A DNA stretch of 64,000 bases from Mobula hypostoma (taxonomy: Eukaryota). The notes beneath the pieces were generated by a model. That model did not search any database and was not told the DNA's origin. It was given only the letters and a program-made list of their open reading frames with translations. The position numbers and the translations under genes are program-made. Below are positions 49,708 to 62,636 of this stretch, one piece after another. Numbering within the stretch: position 1 is the stretch's first letter; each line of letters opens with the position of its first letter. Where the stretch lies: positions 28,894,001-28,958,000 of the forward strand of contig NC_086118.1 in the NCBI RefSeq assembly GCF_963921235.1, read 5' to 3'.

Positions 49708-50359
49708 CACTCAGTTACCACTTTGTTAGTTGTCTCCTATACATAATAAAGTGGCCACCAATTGTATGCTCATGGTCTTCTGCTGCTGAATCCCATTCAC
49801 TTTCAGTTCAACGTGTGGTGCATTCAGAGATACTCTGCTGCACACCACTTTTGTAAAGTGTGTTTACTTAAGTTACTGCCACCGTCCTATCAGCTTGAAC
49901 CAGTGGCATTCTCGTCTGACCTTTCTCAGTAACAAGGTGTTTTCACCCTCAGAAATGCCACCTACTGGATGCTTTTTGTTTCTCACACCATTTTCTATAA
50001 ACTCTAGAGCAGGAGTTCCCAGACTTTTGATGCCATGGACCAATACTATTAAGCTAGGAGTCCATGGAACCCCAAGGGAACCCCTGCTCTAGAGATTTTT
50101 GTGCATGAAAACCCTAGATCAGCAGTTTCTGAGATAGTCAAGCCACCCCATCTGGCACCAACAATTATTCCAATGTCAAAGTCACTTAGATCACATTTCT
50201 TCCCAATTCTAATGTTTGGTCAGAACAATAGCTGGATCTCTTGAGCACGTCTGCATGCTTTTATGCATTGAGTTACTGCCATATGATTGGCTGATTAGAT
50301 ATTTGCATTAATGAGCAAGTGTACAGTGCAGGTGTATTGAATAAAGTGGCCACTGAGAG
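49708..50359 (-). mobile_element. Non-autonomous Tc1-family element with nested hAT MITE
   Basis: TA|cactcagttaccacttt ... aaagtggccactgagag|TA. Confidence 0.82.
50010..50086. mobile_element. Tiny hAT (Charlie/MER5-like) MITE, TSD CTCTAGAG
   Basis: caggagttccc...gggaacccctg; exact 8-bp TSD 50002-50009 / 50087-50094. Confidence 0.88.
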
Positions 50360-50736
50360 TATATTCAATGTCAACCTATTTTACAAACGGGCTTTGAGTT
50401 GAGATAACTTTATTTTAATGATCTCCTTCTAGACAACTAGGGCTACAATACTCTCCTGCATTTTTATTATCATACTTGGCATTGTTTCCTTCCTTTGAAG
50501 AATTCTTGCAGGGAAGCTATGTGATTCATCATGGCTATACCATGGCATGTCTTTGACAGAAGTGGTCTACCTCTTCTTTCATCATTGATTCTTTTATTGT
50601 AAATGCCCGCTGGCTCCTATTTTGCAATGTGCAAGTGTTTGTATTGAAAGATTCTTCTGGAAAAGCATTCAGAGTCCAAAACTGGTTGATGCCATTTATA
50701 GAAACTGACTGGCCTCTCATTTAACATCACAGTCTA

Positions 50737-51493
50737 CAAGGGGTGATTGATAGTTCGTGGCCTAAGGTAGAAGGTGTCAATTTTAGAGAACCTAGTACAT
50801 TTATTTTTTCCTACATTTACACACTTAGTCCAGTGGTCGTGGAGCATACGGATCCCTTCTTTGTAGACGTCGGTGTCTTGGACCTCCAGAAGTGGTCCAC
50901 AGCAGGGGTGATTGATAAGCTCGTGGCCTAAAGTAGAAGGAGATGAGGAGAAACTTCAAACTTTCTGCATTTTCACTCAAAGAGTTGAACTGCACGTGCA
51001 TATAACGAGAGCTGTATAACTCATCTCCTTCTACCTTAGGCCACAAACTTATCAATCACCCCTGCTGTGGACCACCTGAAGGTCCAAGATTCTCTCATTA
51101 CATGCACGTGCAGTTCAACTCTGAGTGATAATGCAGAAAGTTTGAAGTTAATAACTCATCTCCTTCTACCTTAGGCCACGAACTTATCAATCACCCCTGC
51201 TGTGGACCAGCTGGAGGTCCAAGATTTTCTCATTACATGCACGTGCAGTTCAACTCTTTGAGTGATAATGCAGAAAGTTTGAAGTTAATAACTCATCTCC
51301 TTCTACCTTAGGCCACGAACTTATCAATCACCCCTGCTGCGGACCACTTCTACAAAGAAGGGATCCGTATGCTTCACAACCGCTGGACCAAGTGTGTACA
51401 TGTAGGAGTGGACTATGTTGAAAAATAAATGTGCTGGCTCTTCTAAAATTGACTCCTTCTACCTTTGGCCACAAACTTATCAATCACCCCTCG
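50737..51493. mobile_element. Palindromic mariner-derived MITE with internal ~136-bp tandem units
   Basis: TA|caaggggtgattgata..tggcctaaggtagaagg ... ccttctacctttggccacaaacttatcaatcacccctcg|TA; mariner C-terminus FYKEGIRMLHNRWTKCVHVGVDYVEK* at ~51348-51428 with an inverted copy at ~50802-50867. Confidence 0.88.
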
Positions 51494-54079
51494 TATTTGA
51501 TTCCTTCCATTGCTTAATGACCTACTGGGTGAAAAGAAAATCTGCAAATAGTTCTGTATCTAAATATGTGAGACATGAATTTTCTAACTTTTCAAAGGTC
51601 ATTGCGGAATCCCTAGATAAGTTTGATTGTTCATGGCGGAGAGATGATTTGTTCATGTGATGTACAGTAGATGTGAAGGATTTGAGTTCACTGGAAGGGT
51701 GGCAAGGATGGCAGTTAATTGGGCATTCTTGCATAAAGCAGCCAAGATGCAATTGACTGTTCCTAATTAACTTCTCACAGGCTCTAGGTTTTTGATCCAG
51801 CAGGATTAGTTGTCATTATCTGGATATTTAATGCCTGGTGGAATTTAATATCCTTGCTGCTCTGAGATATAGCTCTGTGTCTGACAGAACAAGCACAGCT
51901 TATGCTTCAAGTCAATGGACACCATTATAGATGCCAAGAAAACAGCTCTGCCCCCACCATATAGCACATTTAGTGACACCAACAGGGGTTGAATTTCTGG
52001 GCAACAATACTTTAAAATACTCTGCGGATTCATAGCATATGTTGAGCTGGTGATGATATTTTTCAAAATAGTCACAGTTTGCATTGGAATACTACTTGCC
52101 TCCAAAAGGAAATCTCGTGCAGATCTCCAATTTTAGATGCAGGTATCTACAGATATAGCTAAAGTACTTTGCGTGAGAAATCTTATCACTCAGTTAAGAA
52201 GCTGCAGAGCCAAGTCACGGTCCAGAAACTTTATTCTGAGCAAATAATCTGGTCGCACTCACTGAAGTATTGCTACGTAACAGGTGGGGGGAGGGGGGAG
52301 AGGAGGTGTTCTGGCTTTTCAGCAGGGATATTAAACTAAGGTACGGTAAGTTTTAAGTTTCCTTTCTGAAAGGAGGCCACCCATTCCATTCGTTTTCAGT
52401 GCATTATCTAGAATCAGATAGTGAATTATGATACACTGCCACTTTTGCATAAATACATAGTCTAAACTGCTAATTTGAAATGTCTGTGAAACCGGGTGCT
52501 AAGTATATCATAATACTGCCAAACTGTTTTGTTCATTATATAATGGTTGTAGAGTATTTTATTGTTTGCACATTGAAGCTTAGCAGACATTGTATTGTTG
52601 GCTAATTTACTGATTTGGATACAGCAGAGGAATTTGTTACTGTTATTTTTGCACAGACCTCAGTTATTTTGGTTGGCTTCAGGGATGCAAGAAATTTAAT
52701 CAGTTTGGAACCAAATATGTTTAAATATTTGCCCAGGTTTCAATCCTGAAAGTCTAGCTCATAAAACTGCAGATTAGCCTTTGCTGTAACTTTATTACTG
52801 TGTAGACTTATAGTGGAGCTCCATAAATAATATACAGATTTTCAGGAGCTGATTAAATTCTGTGTAGTAAAATGTAGAGGAAGTGAGGAGAAGCATGACT
52901 TAAAAATAAGTACATTAGAGTTCATTTATTAGATTGCAGCCTGTGGCATCGAGCAGATGGGTTCTACCTCATGAAATCTAAACACATATGAAGAAAGAAG
53001 CTGCATCTATCATCTTATCAAAATCAGTAAATGCAGGAGTCAGCCTTTGTACTACATTGACAATAAATCAGAAAATGTTCTTAGGGGTTTATTTGCAAGG
53101 GTTTGATAGTGTTATTGTTTTATAGATGTTCTCCTGCTTTTATTGTTGCTTATGCTGAGTAAAGGGTTCTTAGTTTCAGCAGACATTCCAAAATATAAAC
53201 AATGTAAAAAAATGCAAGGTTAATCCAATATTATGCTCAAAATTAGAAATGTGGTGTGCATCAAGGCAGTTCAAAGTACACAGCATTTTCTGCAAAATTG
53301 GCTCTTTGTTATCTGAATCACTCTATTTTCCTGTCTCTCTCTTTTGCTACTTTTGAGTTCATCCTTCTCATCATTCATACACCTGGGCACAATTTCTCTC
53401 AAGTTGAAGCTTAGCCCAGCTGCTTTGTTTCTGTGCCATATTGTGCAAAAGTGAGACACACCTGGCCATATGGCCAGGATAAAACTGTCAAGATCACTGC
53501 AAAACATTTGCAGAATGAGGTAAGTGGATATCTTCTGTGTACAGCTGCCATTTTCTCCATTTTCTTTGTGCTTTTTAGAAAGAATGAAAAAACAACTACT
53601 TCAATAAAAGCCGTGACATGTCCAGTGTGTACAGTTCAGGAAGGCTTAAACAATGGACTGAGCGACCACTGTGATCTTATCTTAATGCTGCCACACACGA
53701 CAGCAAGCATACGATACAAACATTCCTCCATTTTACCTGAAAACTTGACAGAACAGAGTGAAACAAGCAGAGATTGTTCACCTCATTTACTGGAGCATGA
53801 ACAAATGGCAGGCAGCCAAGAAGGAAAAGAATGTGTCTCTGTTCCCTTAAGCAAGCTTCTTGCGTGGCAGAGTTAGTGGCCCAGTTGTCTAGCCAAGGAA
53901 GTAATGTGGTCAAAGCAGGAATACTCCTGAAACTCGGCAGACTCCTTGGACTTGTGGAGACAAATTCTTGAAGTAATCAAAATGCAAAGGTATTTTTTAT
54001 TGAGTTCTTTGCCATAATTATGTTTACTGTACAATATAAACAATTTTGATCCTTTAGTTCTGAAGGATTAAAAAGTGAA

Positions 54080-54782
54080 TTCCTATTTAATCTCTTGAAA
54101 ACCTGATGAGAGTTATATACAGACTTCCAAATAGTATACAGATGTAGAAACAAGTTAAAAAGGACAAAGTTACAATGGTCATATGGGATTTCAATATGCA
54201 GGTAGTTTGGGAACATCCGTTTGGTACCGGATCCCAAGAAAAAGAAACTGTGGAATACCTATGAGATGGCTTTTTAGAGATCAATTAGAGGAAAGGCACT
54301 CCTGGATTTGGTGAACCAGATGTGAGTATGAGGCAATTGTCGTTGTCAAGAGAAGTCAAAGACAGAATGAAAACAAAAGGGAGGGCATACAAAAATAACA
54401 AAAATTAGTGGGAAGCTAACAGAAGTCAACTAAAAACAGCAACAAAGAGAGAAAAGATAATATATGAAAGTAAGCTAGTCAGTAATATAAATGAGAATAC
54501 CAAAGTTTTTTTGCAGAATTATAACAAGTAAAAGGAAGGCAAACATGGACAATGGACCATTGGAAAATGACACTGGAGAGGTAGTAATGGGGAATAAAGA
54601 AATGGTGGAAGAACCGAATGAATATTTTGCATCATTCTTCACTGCGAATGACACCAGCAACATGCCAGGGATTTGAGAGAGTCAATTTGAGAGCAGGAAA
54701 GAATGTAATCATTATTACTAAGGAGAAGGTGCATGGGAATCTGAAAGATCTGAAGGCAGATAAAGTCACCTAGACCAGATGG
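54080..54782 (+). mobile_element. CR1 ORF2 internal fragment (APE to pre-RT)
   Basis: MVIWDFNMQV..; GPLENDTGEVVMGNKEMVEEPNEYFASFFT; DKV..PDG. Confidence 0.82.
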
Positions 54783-55687
54783 TCAAGTTTGTCAGCATAT
54801 AGAATGAGAATCCAGGGGAGCTGATTGAGCCAGGTGCAGAAATATCATGTAAAAGTACTTGCACAGATACGTGGATAGGAACGGTTTTGAAGGATATGGG
54901 CCAAATGCAGAAAAAGTAGATAGCTTAGATGGGAATCTTGGCCAGTGTGGATCAATGTCCATACTGTATGACTGTGACACAATGTAGAAATTGATCAGCT
55001 TAAATGGGGCTAATAAATCTGAATCAAAAAGTTCCTTCCTTGAATTTTAAGGTCTTTACTCAGTATCGTGCAATGCTAATGTGCTTGCAGCTCGTAATAC
55101 AAGATTAAGTCAGTAAAGTGTTATATGGATTAACCTTTTCTCAGGAATTTCAGGAATATCCTCAGCCACACCACAGTAAAGTATGAGAGAATGGATTAAG
55201 CACAGATTTGAGCTCACTCCCCCTTTATTTGAATTTTTTCATTTTTCTCTATAATTCTAGGTGGACCTGTCCCATTTTTCATTTTCCTCCATCAGCTACA
55301 ACCCAGCCTCAGTACCTTCACATATATAATACAATAGCATGACATCTTTATAAACCAGACAGTTGCTACTGTTTCATGTATTGGGTATCACCAATCCTTA
55401 GAGCTGAACCTAATTCCCATTCCTTAACTTGATGAATTTAAGTATTTAATTGGAGAGTGGTTTGTGTGCCACAAATTTCAATTATTATCTTTTACACTTG
55501 AGCAATGGGAATCCCTACAATCTACATTTTTCAAGTTAAGCTGTTTTTGCAAACTTAATATTTCCTGGAGAAAAAATAAGTGACATTTATGATTGAGCAA
55601 AGTAAATGACGTACAATTAAATGTAGTTCATACGAAGGACATTTTCTTCGATTCAATCAGATGTTGGTAACCTATGAAGTAACCTGT

Positions 55688-57152
55688 GAAGACTGGAAAA
55701 TTACAAACGACACCCCACTCTTCAGGAAGGGAGAGAGGCGGAAGAAAGGAAACTATACGCTAGTTAGTCTCAACTCAGTGGTTGGGAAGATGTTGGAGTT
55801 GATTATTATGGATGAGGTCTCAGGGTACTTGGAGGAACATGATAAAATAGGCTACAGTCAGCACAGTTTCCTCAAGGGAAAATTTGGCCTGACGAATCTG
55901 TTGGAATTCTTTGAAGAAATAATAAGCAGGATAGACAAAGGAGAATTGGTTGATTTTGTGCTCTTGGATTTTCAGAAGGCCTTTGACAAGGTACCACACA
56001 TGAAGCTGCTTAACATGTTACGAGCCCATAGAAAGATTCTAGCATGGAAAAAGCAGTGGCTGATTGGCAGGAGGCAAAGAGTGAGAATAAAGTGAGCCTT
56101 TTCTTGTTGGCTGCCAGTGCCCAGTGGTTTTCCACAGGGGTCTGTGTTGGGTCTGATTCTTCTTAGGTTATATGTTAATGATTTGGATGGTGGAATTGAT
56201 GGCTTTGTTGCAAAGTTTACAAACAATATGAAGATGGTGGAGGGGCAGGTAGCTTTGAGGAAGTAGAGAAGCTACAGAAGGACTTAGACAGATTAGGAGA
56301 ATGGGCAAAAGAATGGCAGATGGAATACAGTATCAGGAAGTGTATGGTCATGCACTTTGGTAAAAGAAATGAAAGAGTTGACTATTTTCTCAATGGAGAG
56401 AAAATGCAAAATAAAACTGAGACACAAAGGGACTTGGGAGACCTTGCGCAGGATTCCCTAGAAGTTAATTTGCAGGTTGAGTCTGTGGTGCAGAATGAAA
56501 ATGTAATGAGAGCATTCATTTCAAGAGGACTAGAATTTAAAAGCAAGGATGTAATGTTGAGACTTTATAAAGCACTCATGATGCCTTACTTGGAGTATTG
56601 GAGCATGTTTGGGTCCCTTAGCTTAGAAAGGATGTGCTCAAACTGGAAAAGATTGAAAAGATGCTCACGAAAATGATTCCAGGATTGAATGGTCTATCAT
56701 ATGAAGAGCATTTGATGACTCTGGGCTTGTATCCACTAGAATTCAGAAGAATGAGGGGTGACCTCATTGAAACCTATCGAATGATGAAAGGCCTTGATAG
56801 AGCAGATGTGGAGGGGATGTTTCCTGTGGTGGGAGAGTCTAAGACCAGAGGACACAGCTTCAGAATAGAGGGCCAGCCTTTTACAATGTAGATGAGCAGG
56901 AATTTCTTTGAGTAGAGAGTAGTGAATCTGTGGAATTCTTTGCCACAGACAGCTTTGGAGATCAAGTCTTTATGCACATTTAAGGCAGAGGTTAATAAAA
57001 CCTTGATTGGTCAGGGAATGGAGGGATATAGGGAGAAGGCAGGAAACTGGAGCTGAGAGGAAAATTGGATCAGCCAAGATGAAATGGTGGAGCAGGCTTG
57101 ATGGATCAAATGGCCGAATTCTGTTCCTATAACTTCTAGTCTTATGTTCTTA
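55688..57152 (+). mobile_element. CR1 LINE RT + 3'UTR
   Basis: NYTLVSLNSVVGKMLE, SQHSFLKGK..LTNLLEFFEE, LDFQKAFDKVPH, GFPQGSVLG, LEFRRMRGDLIETY; tcttatgttcttat tail. Confidence 0.95.
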
Positions 57153-57853
57153 TATCTTTTTTTGAACAATAGACTCTGAAGAGGACTTTTGAGGAAATAA
57201 ATATTGTGGCATTGACTTGAGATTTTCTTTTGTTTCAGCTAGCTTTGACTAATTGCAAGTATTTTGAATGCATTTAAATGAAATATCGAGGCAAATATAT
57301 TAGCCTTAACTTGAGCAATTTGAATTATTGATTACTCTATTCCACTGAGATGCCTTTAACCTGAATTAGAACAAAGTACCTACTTAGAGGCTTTAGAAAG
57401 ATTCATAGTGATGTATGACATTTGCACCCAATTTCCAGTAGTCAGATTTTTAGGCAGTTTCATGGAGAGATTTGGGCAAAGGCCATAACCCTACAAGAGC
57501 TGGTGCAGAAAATTGAGGTAAGTGATGTTTTCCAGATTAAAAGAAAGCAGACAATGCCGGATACACTCAGGAGGTCACACAACACCTGTTCAAAGCGAGA
57601 TAGATTTACCCCATTGTCAAAAAATGTTTCATAATCTCAGAATAAGACAATGCACTTCACGGTCAATTAAATGCTTCTGCAGTTGGATCATTGTTGTAAT
57701 GTAGGACAGTGGTAAGGAAAGAAACTATTTTAAAACTAATACCACAATTAGGTTTCACTAAAGATCGCCAAAGGGCATTTTAACACTGTAGAAACTTCTG
57801 TTAAAATGGATCCTCAGGAGGTAAGGATTGCAATCTTACACTCAGTGAACATA

Positions 57854-58408
57854 CACTCAGTGGCCATTTTATTAGGGACACATCTACACCTGCTTTTGTT
57901 AATGCAGATATCTATTTAGATAATCATGTGTCGGCAACTCAATGTATAAAAGCATGGAGATGTGGTCATGAGGTTCAGACAAAACTTCAGAATAGGAAAG
58001 GAGACTAATCTAAGTGACTTTGATTGTGGAATAATTGTTGGTCCCAGATAGGGTGGTTTGAGGATCTTAGAAACTGCTGATCCCCAGGGATTTCTGTGCG
58101 CAGCAATCCTAGAAAATGTAGAAAACAGTGCGAGAAACAAAAAGTAACCACTGAGTGGCAGTTGTGTGGCAAAAATGCCTCGTTTGTGAGAGAGGTAAGA
58201 GAAGAATGGCCAGACTGATTCAAGCTGGCCAGAAGGTGACAGTAACTTAAATAACCACTTATTACAGCAGTGGTGTACAGAAGGACATCGATAGCGCAAC
58301 ACATCGGACCTTGAAGTGGATAGGCTACAGCAGCAGAAGACCACGAATATGCACTCAGTAGCCACTTTATCAGGTATCTGCCGTATCCAATAAAATGCTC
58401 ATAGAGTG
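57854..58408 (+). mobile_element. Non-autonomous Tc1-family element
   Basis: TA|cactcagtggccattttattagg ... gagtg|TA; transposase start remnant GKETNLSDFDCGIIVG..ETAD. Confidence 0.82.
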
Positions 58409-58775
58409 TATGCAGAGTCATGAACGAATCAGTTCATTTATAATATTGAGATGTTGCATTAGAAGATGATTGAGAAAACACAGCTATGCAAGCTACACCA
58501 TCATCCCCGAGCCAAACCTATTGAATATAGACAAGTCTGATGTGTATGTTTCTGTGAACAGCTCAACATTGCATTTACATATTCATTACCTGTAATATAT
58601 GTTAAATTGGTTGTGAATAAGGCTGCCATCCTTTAATGATTGTGCCATGTGATTAACTGCTCACCTGACTTCAACAATATTTATTGACAATCCACAAATA
58701 GCCTGATATGAACCTTTGAATAAACTGCAGAAGTTTTGTTTGATCTCTTTGTACATCTTATGGATGAGTCTAGAC

Positions 58776-58848
58776 CAGGGGTTCCCAACCTAGGGTCCTC
58801 TCGGTTAATGTTTGAAGTCCATGGCATAAAAAGTGTTGGGAACCCCTG
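58776..58848. mobile_element. Tiny hAT MITE, same family as 50010-50086
   Basis: caggggttcccaac...gttgggaacccctg perfect 14-bp TIR; TSD gtctagac/gactacac (6/8). Confidence 0.85.
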
Positions 58849-59269
58849 GACTACACACTCTGCAGAAAAATGCATTTAGCCTTTAAGAACCTACAGAACA
58901 CACACACACTCTCTCTTCTCTAGCAGTAAGGATGAGCTGTTAAAGAATCAAAGTCAGCAGGAATGATAGAGGACATTGAGTGACTCCAAACTGCATTGCT
59001 AAAGTGAGTTGAGAAGGTCATGATCAATCACACAAGTCTGAGGTGCAAATTTGAGGAAGAGGAAGCAAAGGGAAGCCCCAGCAAATGCTGTTGCATGTGA
59101 AAAGATATGTCAGAAATGAAAAGTTTAGACAAATAGCAGTCCCAGCCCAGATCAGTCACCTTGGAAATCTTCATAGCTGTGACACCTTTTATTCGTATCA
59201 ATCACGTACATCTGTCTATGAGACGAGTGAAAGTGCTAAGGGTGGAGTCTAAGACACTTACTAGCATTG

Positions 59270-59760
59270 ATATACAGATAGATCTTTGGGTGCAAGTTCA
59301 TATTTCCCTGAAAGCAGCAACAAAATAGATAGGTGGTAAAGAAAACATAATGCAGCTTTGATTCAGCCGCAGTTGGAGCAAAGTTCACAGTTCTGCAACC
59401 ACATTCCAGGGAAGATGTGGTGGTTTAGGAGATTCACAATGACCTCGCCAAGGTTATAGAGTACAGTATTAACTATAACAATCTTGGATTGTTTTCTCTG
59501 GAGCATCAGACCTGACAGAAATTTATAAAACTATGAGAGGCTTAGATAGGATAGATAGATTGTTTCTTCCAGGATGGAAGTGTCAAGTACTAGAGGCATT
59601 AGCTTTAATGTGAGAAGGAGAAAGCTTGAAAGAGATTTATGAAATGAGTATAGAAAGTGGAAAATAACTGGAACCCACTGCCAGAACGAGTGATGGAAGA
59701 AGAAGATGATAGCAATGACAGCAATGCTTAAAAGGCATTTAGACAGCGACATAGGCTATG
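59270..59760 (+). mobile_element. Old CR1 fragment
   Basis: gggtgcaagttcat..ccctgaaagcagcaaca; ttggattgttttctctggagc; aagtactagaggc. Confidence 0.65.
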
Positions 59761-60071
59761 TTCAGGCAGGATGAACACTTTAATTAGAATTTAACATCAG
59801 GGTGGTGATAAAAAGAGATTTCAAAATTAAATGTTAATAATCAAGACACAACATAAGCATTAGCACAACTGCAGCCATTCCTCAGAAGGGATCTGTATAT
59901 TCAGAATCAGAATTAGAATCACTTCATTGCCATTATGTGAAACACACAATACTAGAATTGATTGTAGTTCAGTGCCAAGCATAAAACACAGGGCAATACC
60001 ATAACAGACAACACAAAGAAGTTCAGAAAGTTGGCTTAACAGGGAAGCACAGTGGAGCAGAGAACATCTCC

Positions 60072-61152
60072 TCAAGTCAATTCAAGTCGTCAAGTCACTT
60101 GTTATTGTCATTTCGACCATAAATGCTGGTACAGTACACAGTAAAAACAAGACAATGTTTTTCAGGACCATGGTGCTACATGAAGCAATACAAAAACTAC
60201 ACTGAACTCCGTAAAACAACACAAAACCACATTAGACTACAGACCTAACCGGGACTGCATAAAGTGCACAAAACAGTGCAGGCATTACTACAAATAATAA
60301 ACAAGGCAATAGGCACAGTAGAGGCAGTAGGTTGGTGTCAGTTCAGGTTCTGGGAATTGAGGAGTCTGAAGGCTTGGGGGAAGAAACTGTTACATAGTCT
60401 GGTCATGAGAACAGGAATGCTTCAGTGCCTTTTGCCAGATGGCAGGAGGGAGAAGAGTTTGCATGAGGGGTGTGTGGGGTCCTTCATAATGCTGTTTGCC
60501 TTGCAGATGCAGCACGTGTTGTAAATGTCTGTAATAGCGGGAAGAGAGACCCCGATGATCTTCTCAGCTGACCTCACTATCCGTTGCAGGGTCTTGCGAT
60601 CCGAGATGGTACAATTTCTGAACCAGGCAGTGATACAGCTGCTCAGAATGCTCTTGACACAACCTCTGTAGAAGTTGGTGAGGATGGGAGGTGGGAGATG
60701 GACTTTTCTCAGTCTTCGTGGGAAGTAGAGACGCTGCTGGGCTTTTTTTGCTATGGAGCTAGTGTTGAGGGACCAGGTGAAATTCTCCTCCAGGTGAACA
60801 CCAAGAGATTTGGTGCTCTTAACGATCTCTACAGAGGAGTCGTCGATGTTCAGCGGAGAGTGATTGCTCCGTGTCCTCCTGAAGTCAACAACCATCTCTT
60901 TTATTTTGTTCACGTTCAGAGACAGGTTGTCGGCTCTGCATCAGTCTGTTAGCCGCAGCACCTCCTCTCTGTATGCTGACTCGTCATTCTTGCTGATGAG
61001 ACCCGCCACGGTCGTGTCATAGGAGAACTTGATGATGTGGTTCGAGCTGTGTGTTGCAGCACAGTCGTGGGTCAGCAGAGTGAACAGCAGTGGACTGAGC
61101 ACACAGCCCTGGGGGCCCCCCGTGCTCAGTGTGATGGTGTTGGAGCTGCTGA
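60072..61152 (-). mobile_element. Rex1/Babar LINE, ~1.1 kb, relatively young
   Basis: IKFSYDTTVAGLIS; KIKEMVVDFRR..LGVHLEENFTWS..KKAQQRLYFPRRLRK..FYRGCVKSILSSCITAWF; caagt tail. Confidence 0.92.
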
Positions 61153-62636
61153 CCTCAGTGAGATCATGAGTCTATTCAGATTGTATACTTCTTTGTAAAG
61201 AACATAATGCAAAGTTACCAGTTATAGAGGCTGATTATGCGAATAGGCCAAATCTGTTCACAAGTGATTGAATGTAAGTATGGAGGATGGATTGAGAAAA
61301 CATATCTAACGTGAATGCATCATGGAATTTTTTTAAGAAGGTTCTGTAATAATATTAAAGTATGCTTATTGATTAAATGATTAATGCATGGACATTGAAG
61401 TCACAAACACATATAATTTGTCAAATCAATCTGTTATAAACCTAGCCTATAAGATATCTTAATAGCCAAGTTAAAGAAAGATCTAAACACATCAAAGTGA
61501 CAAAGGGTAATGGTGAAAGCGTCTCACCCTTCATTGTGATATTTAAGGCAGATAAGACATTCAGCTCTGTGGAGATTAAAATGACCCTTAGTGGAATAAT
61601 GAATTGCACAGCTACCCTCTGCCAAAATCTCAAGATGTATGCATTGAGTTGGAAGGAACTATGGTCTCCACTAAATTACACCTGCCTCATGTCTGTGCCA
61701 GTTTAGTATAGACAAAGATAGAAAACAGCATTCAATCACTTTGGCAAAAATCTAATACATGCAGAGGTCTCTTTTTCCATAGGAAGCTGGGACTATTACC
61801 CACAGGAGTTACACATGCCTTCCATTGGCACAGACTATATCATGGAAATTCCTACCAATAGGTCAGTTAGACATAGTTGGGGGCATCTTACTGAAGGTTT
61901 TGTTTGTCACGCAGTGCCGATAAATGTAAGACCTGCCAATATAATTATGACCTGCTAATGACTGGGTGACTGCCAAGGAAACATCCTGTTAGTAAGTCAG
62001 TAACACGTTAGTGCCAGCTTCCTATGGAAAAGGAGACCTCCGCATGCATTAGATTTCTGCCAAAACAAAATACAGGCTTCTTTTATCTGCAAACACAATT
62101 GTATAGGGAACTGGAGGTGGACACAGAACAACCTTCACACAGCTTGCCTTGGCAAGTGTCCCTTAGTAAGTCTGTTCTTCCAATGTTGCCATTTAAAAAT
62201 ATATATTTTTCAGAAAATTATTGATATCAGTAATGGAGGTGAAGTGAATGTAAGGGGAGAAAAATTTCTGGCTAGTAAGGAATCTTTGTAAAATTGTTTC
62301 ACATGCCATGCAGGGAAAGAAAGACAAATATTTGCATTATTAAACAGATGAAACATTATATTATTCTGTTCATTCCACAACCTCAGAATTTTTCTGATTT
62401 ATGGAACTTCGTAACATTATATTTCAATATCAGTTACACCGGCTGGCCTTAAACTGCACACAAAACATCACCACTTGCAAATATACAATGCTAGGATTCA
62501 CTTATTCCTCAAATCAACAATAAAATAGAACCTTTTTTCCTAGCAATAGTCTAATAACAAGGAATGTCAATATTAAGATTATATTAAAATGAAATTTTGT
62601 TCCAGCCTGCTGAACTTAGACTAATATGCCATTAAA

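Noticed and set aside
51017..51350. CRISPR-like repeat array
   Set aside because: The intervening sequences are repeats of each other, the context is eukaryotic, and a mariner MITE explains the structure.
53433..53876. 147-aa ORF with an internal gtaagt...ttttag pair
   Set aside because: The implied intron is 59 bp, too short for a typical vertebrate intron, and the protein is unrecognisable.
57454..57523. Candidate exon QFHGEIWAKAITLQELVQKIE|gtaagt
   Set aside because: Weak acceptor and no recognisable protein match.
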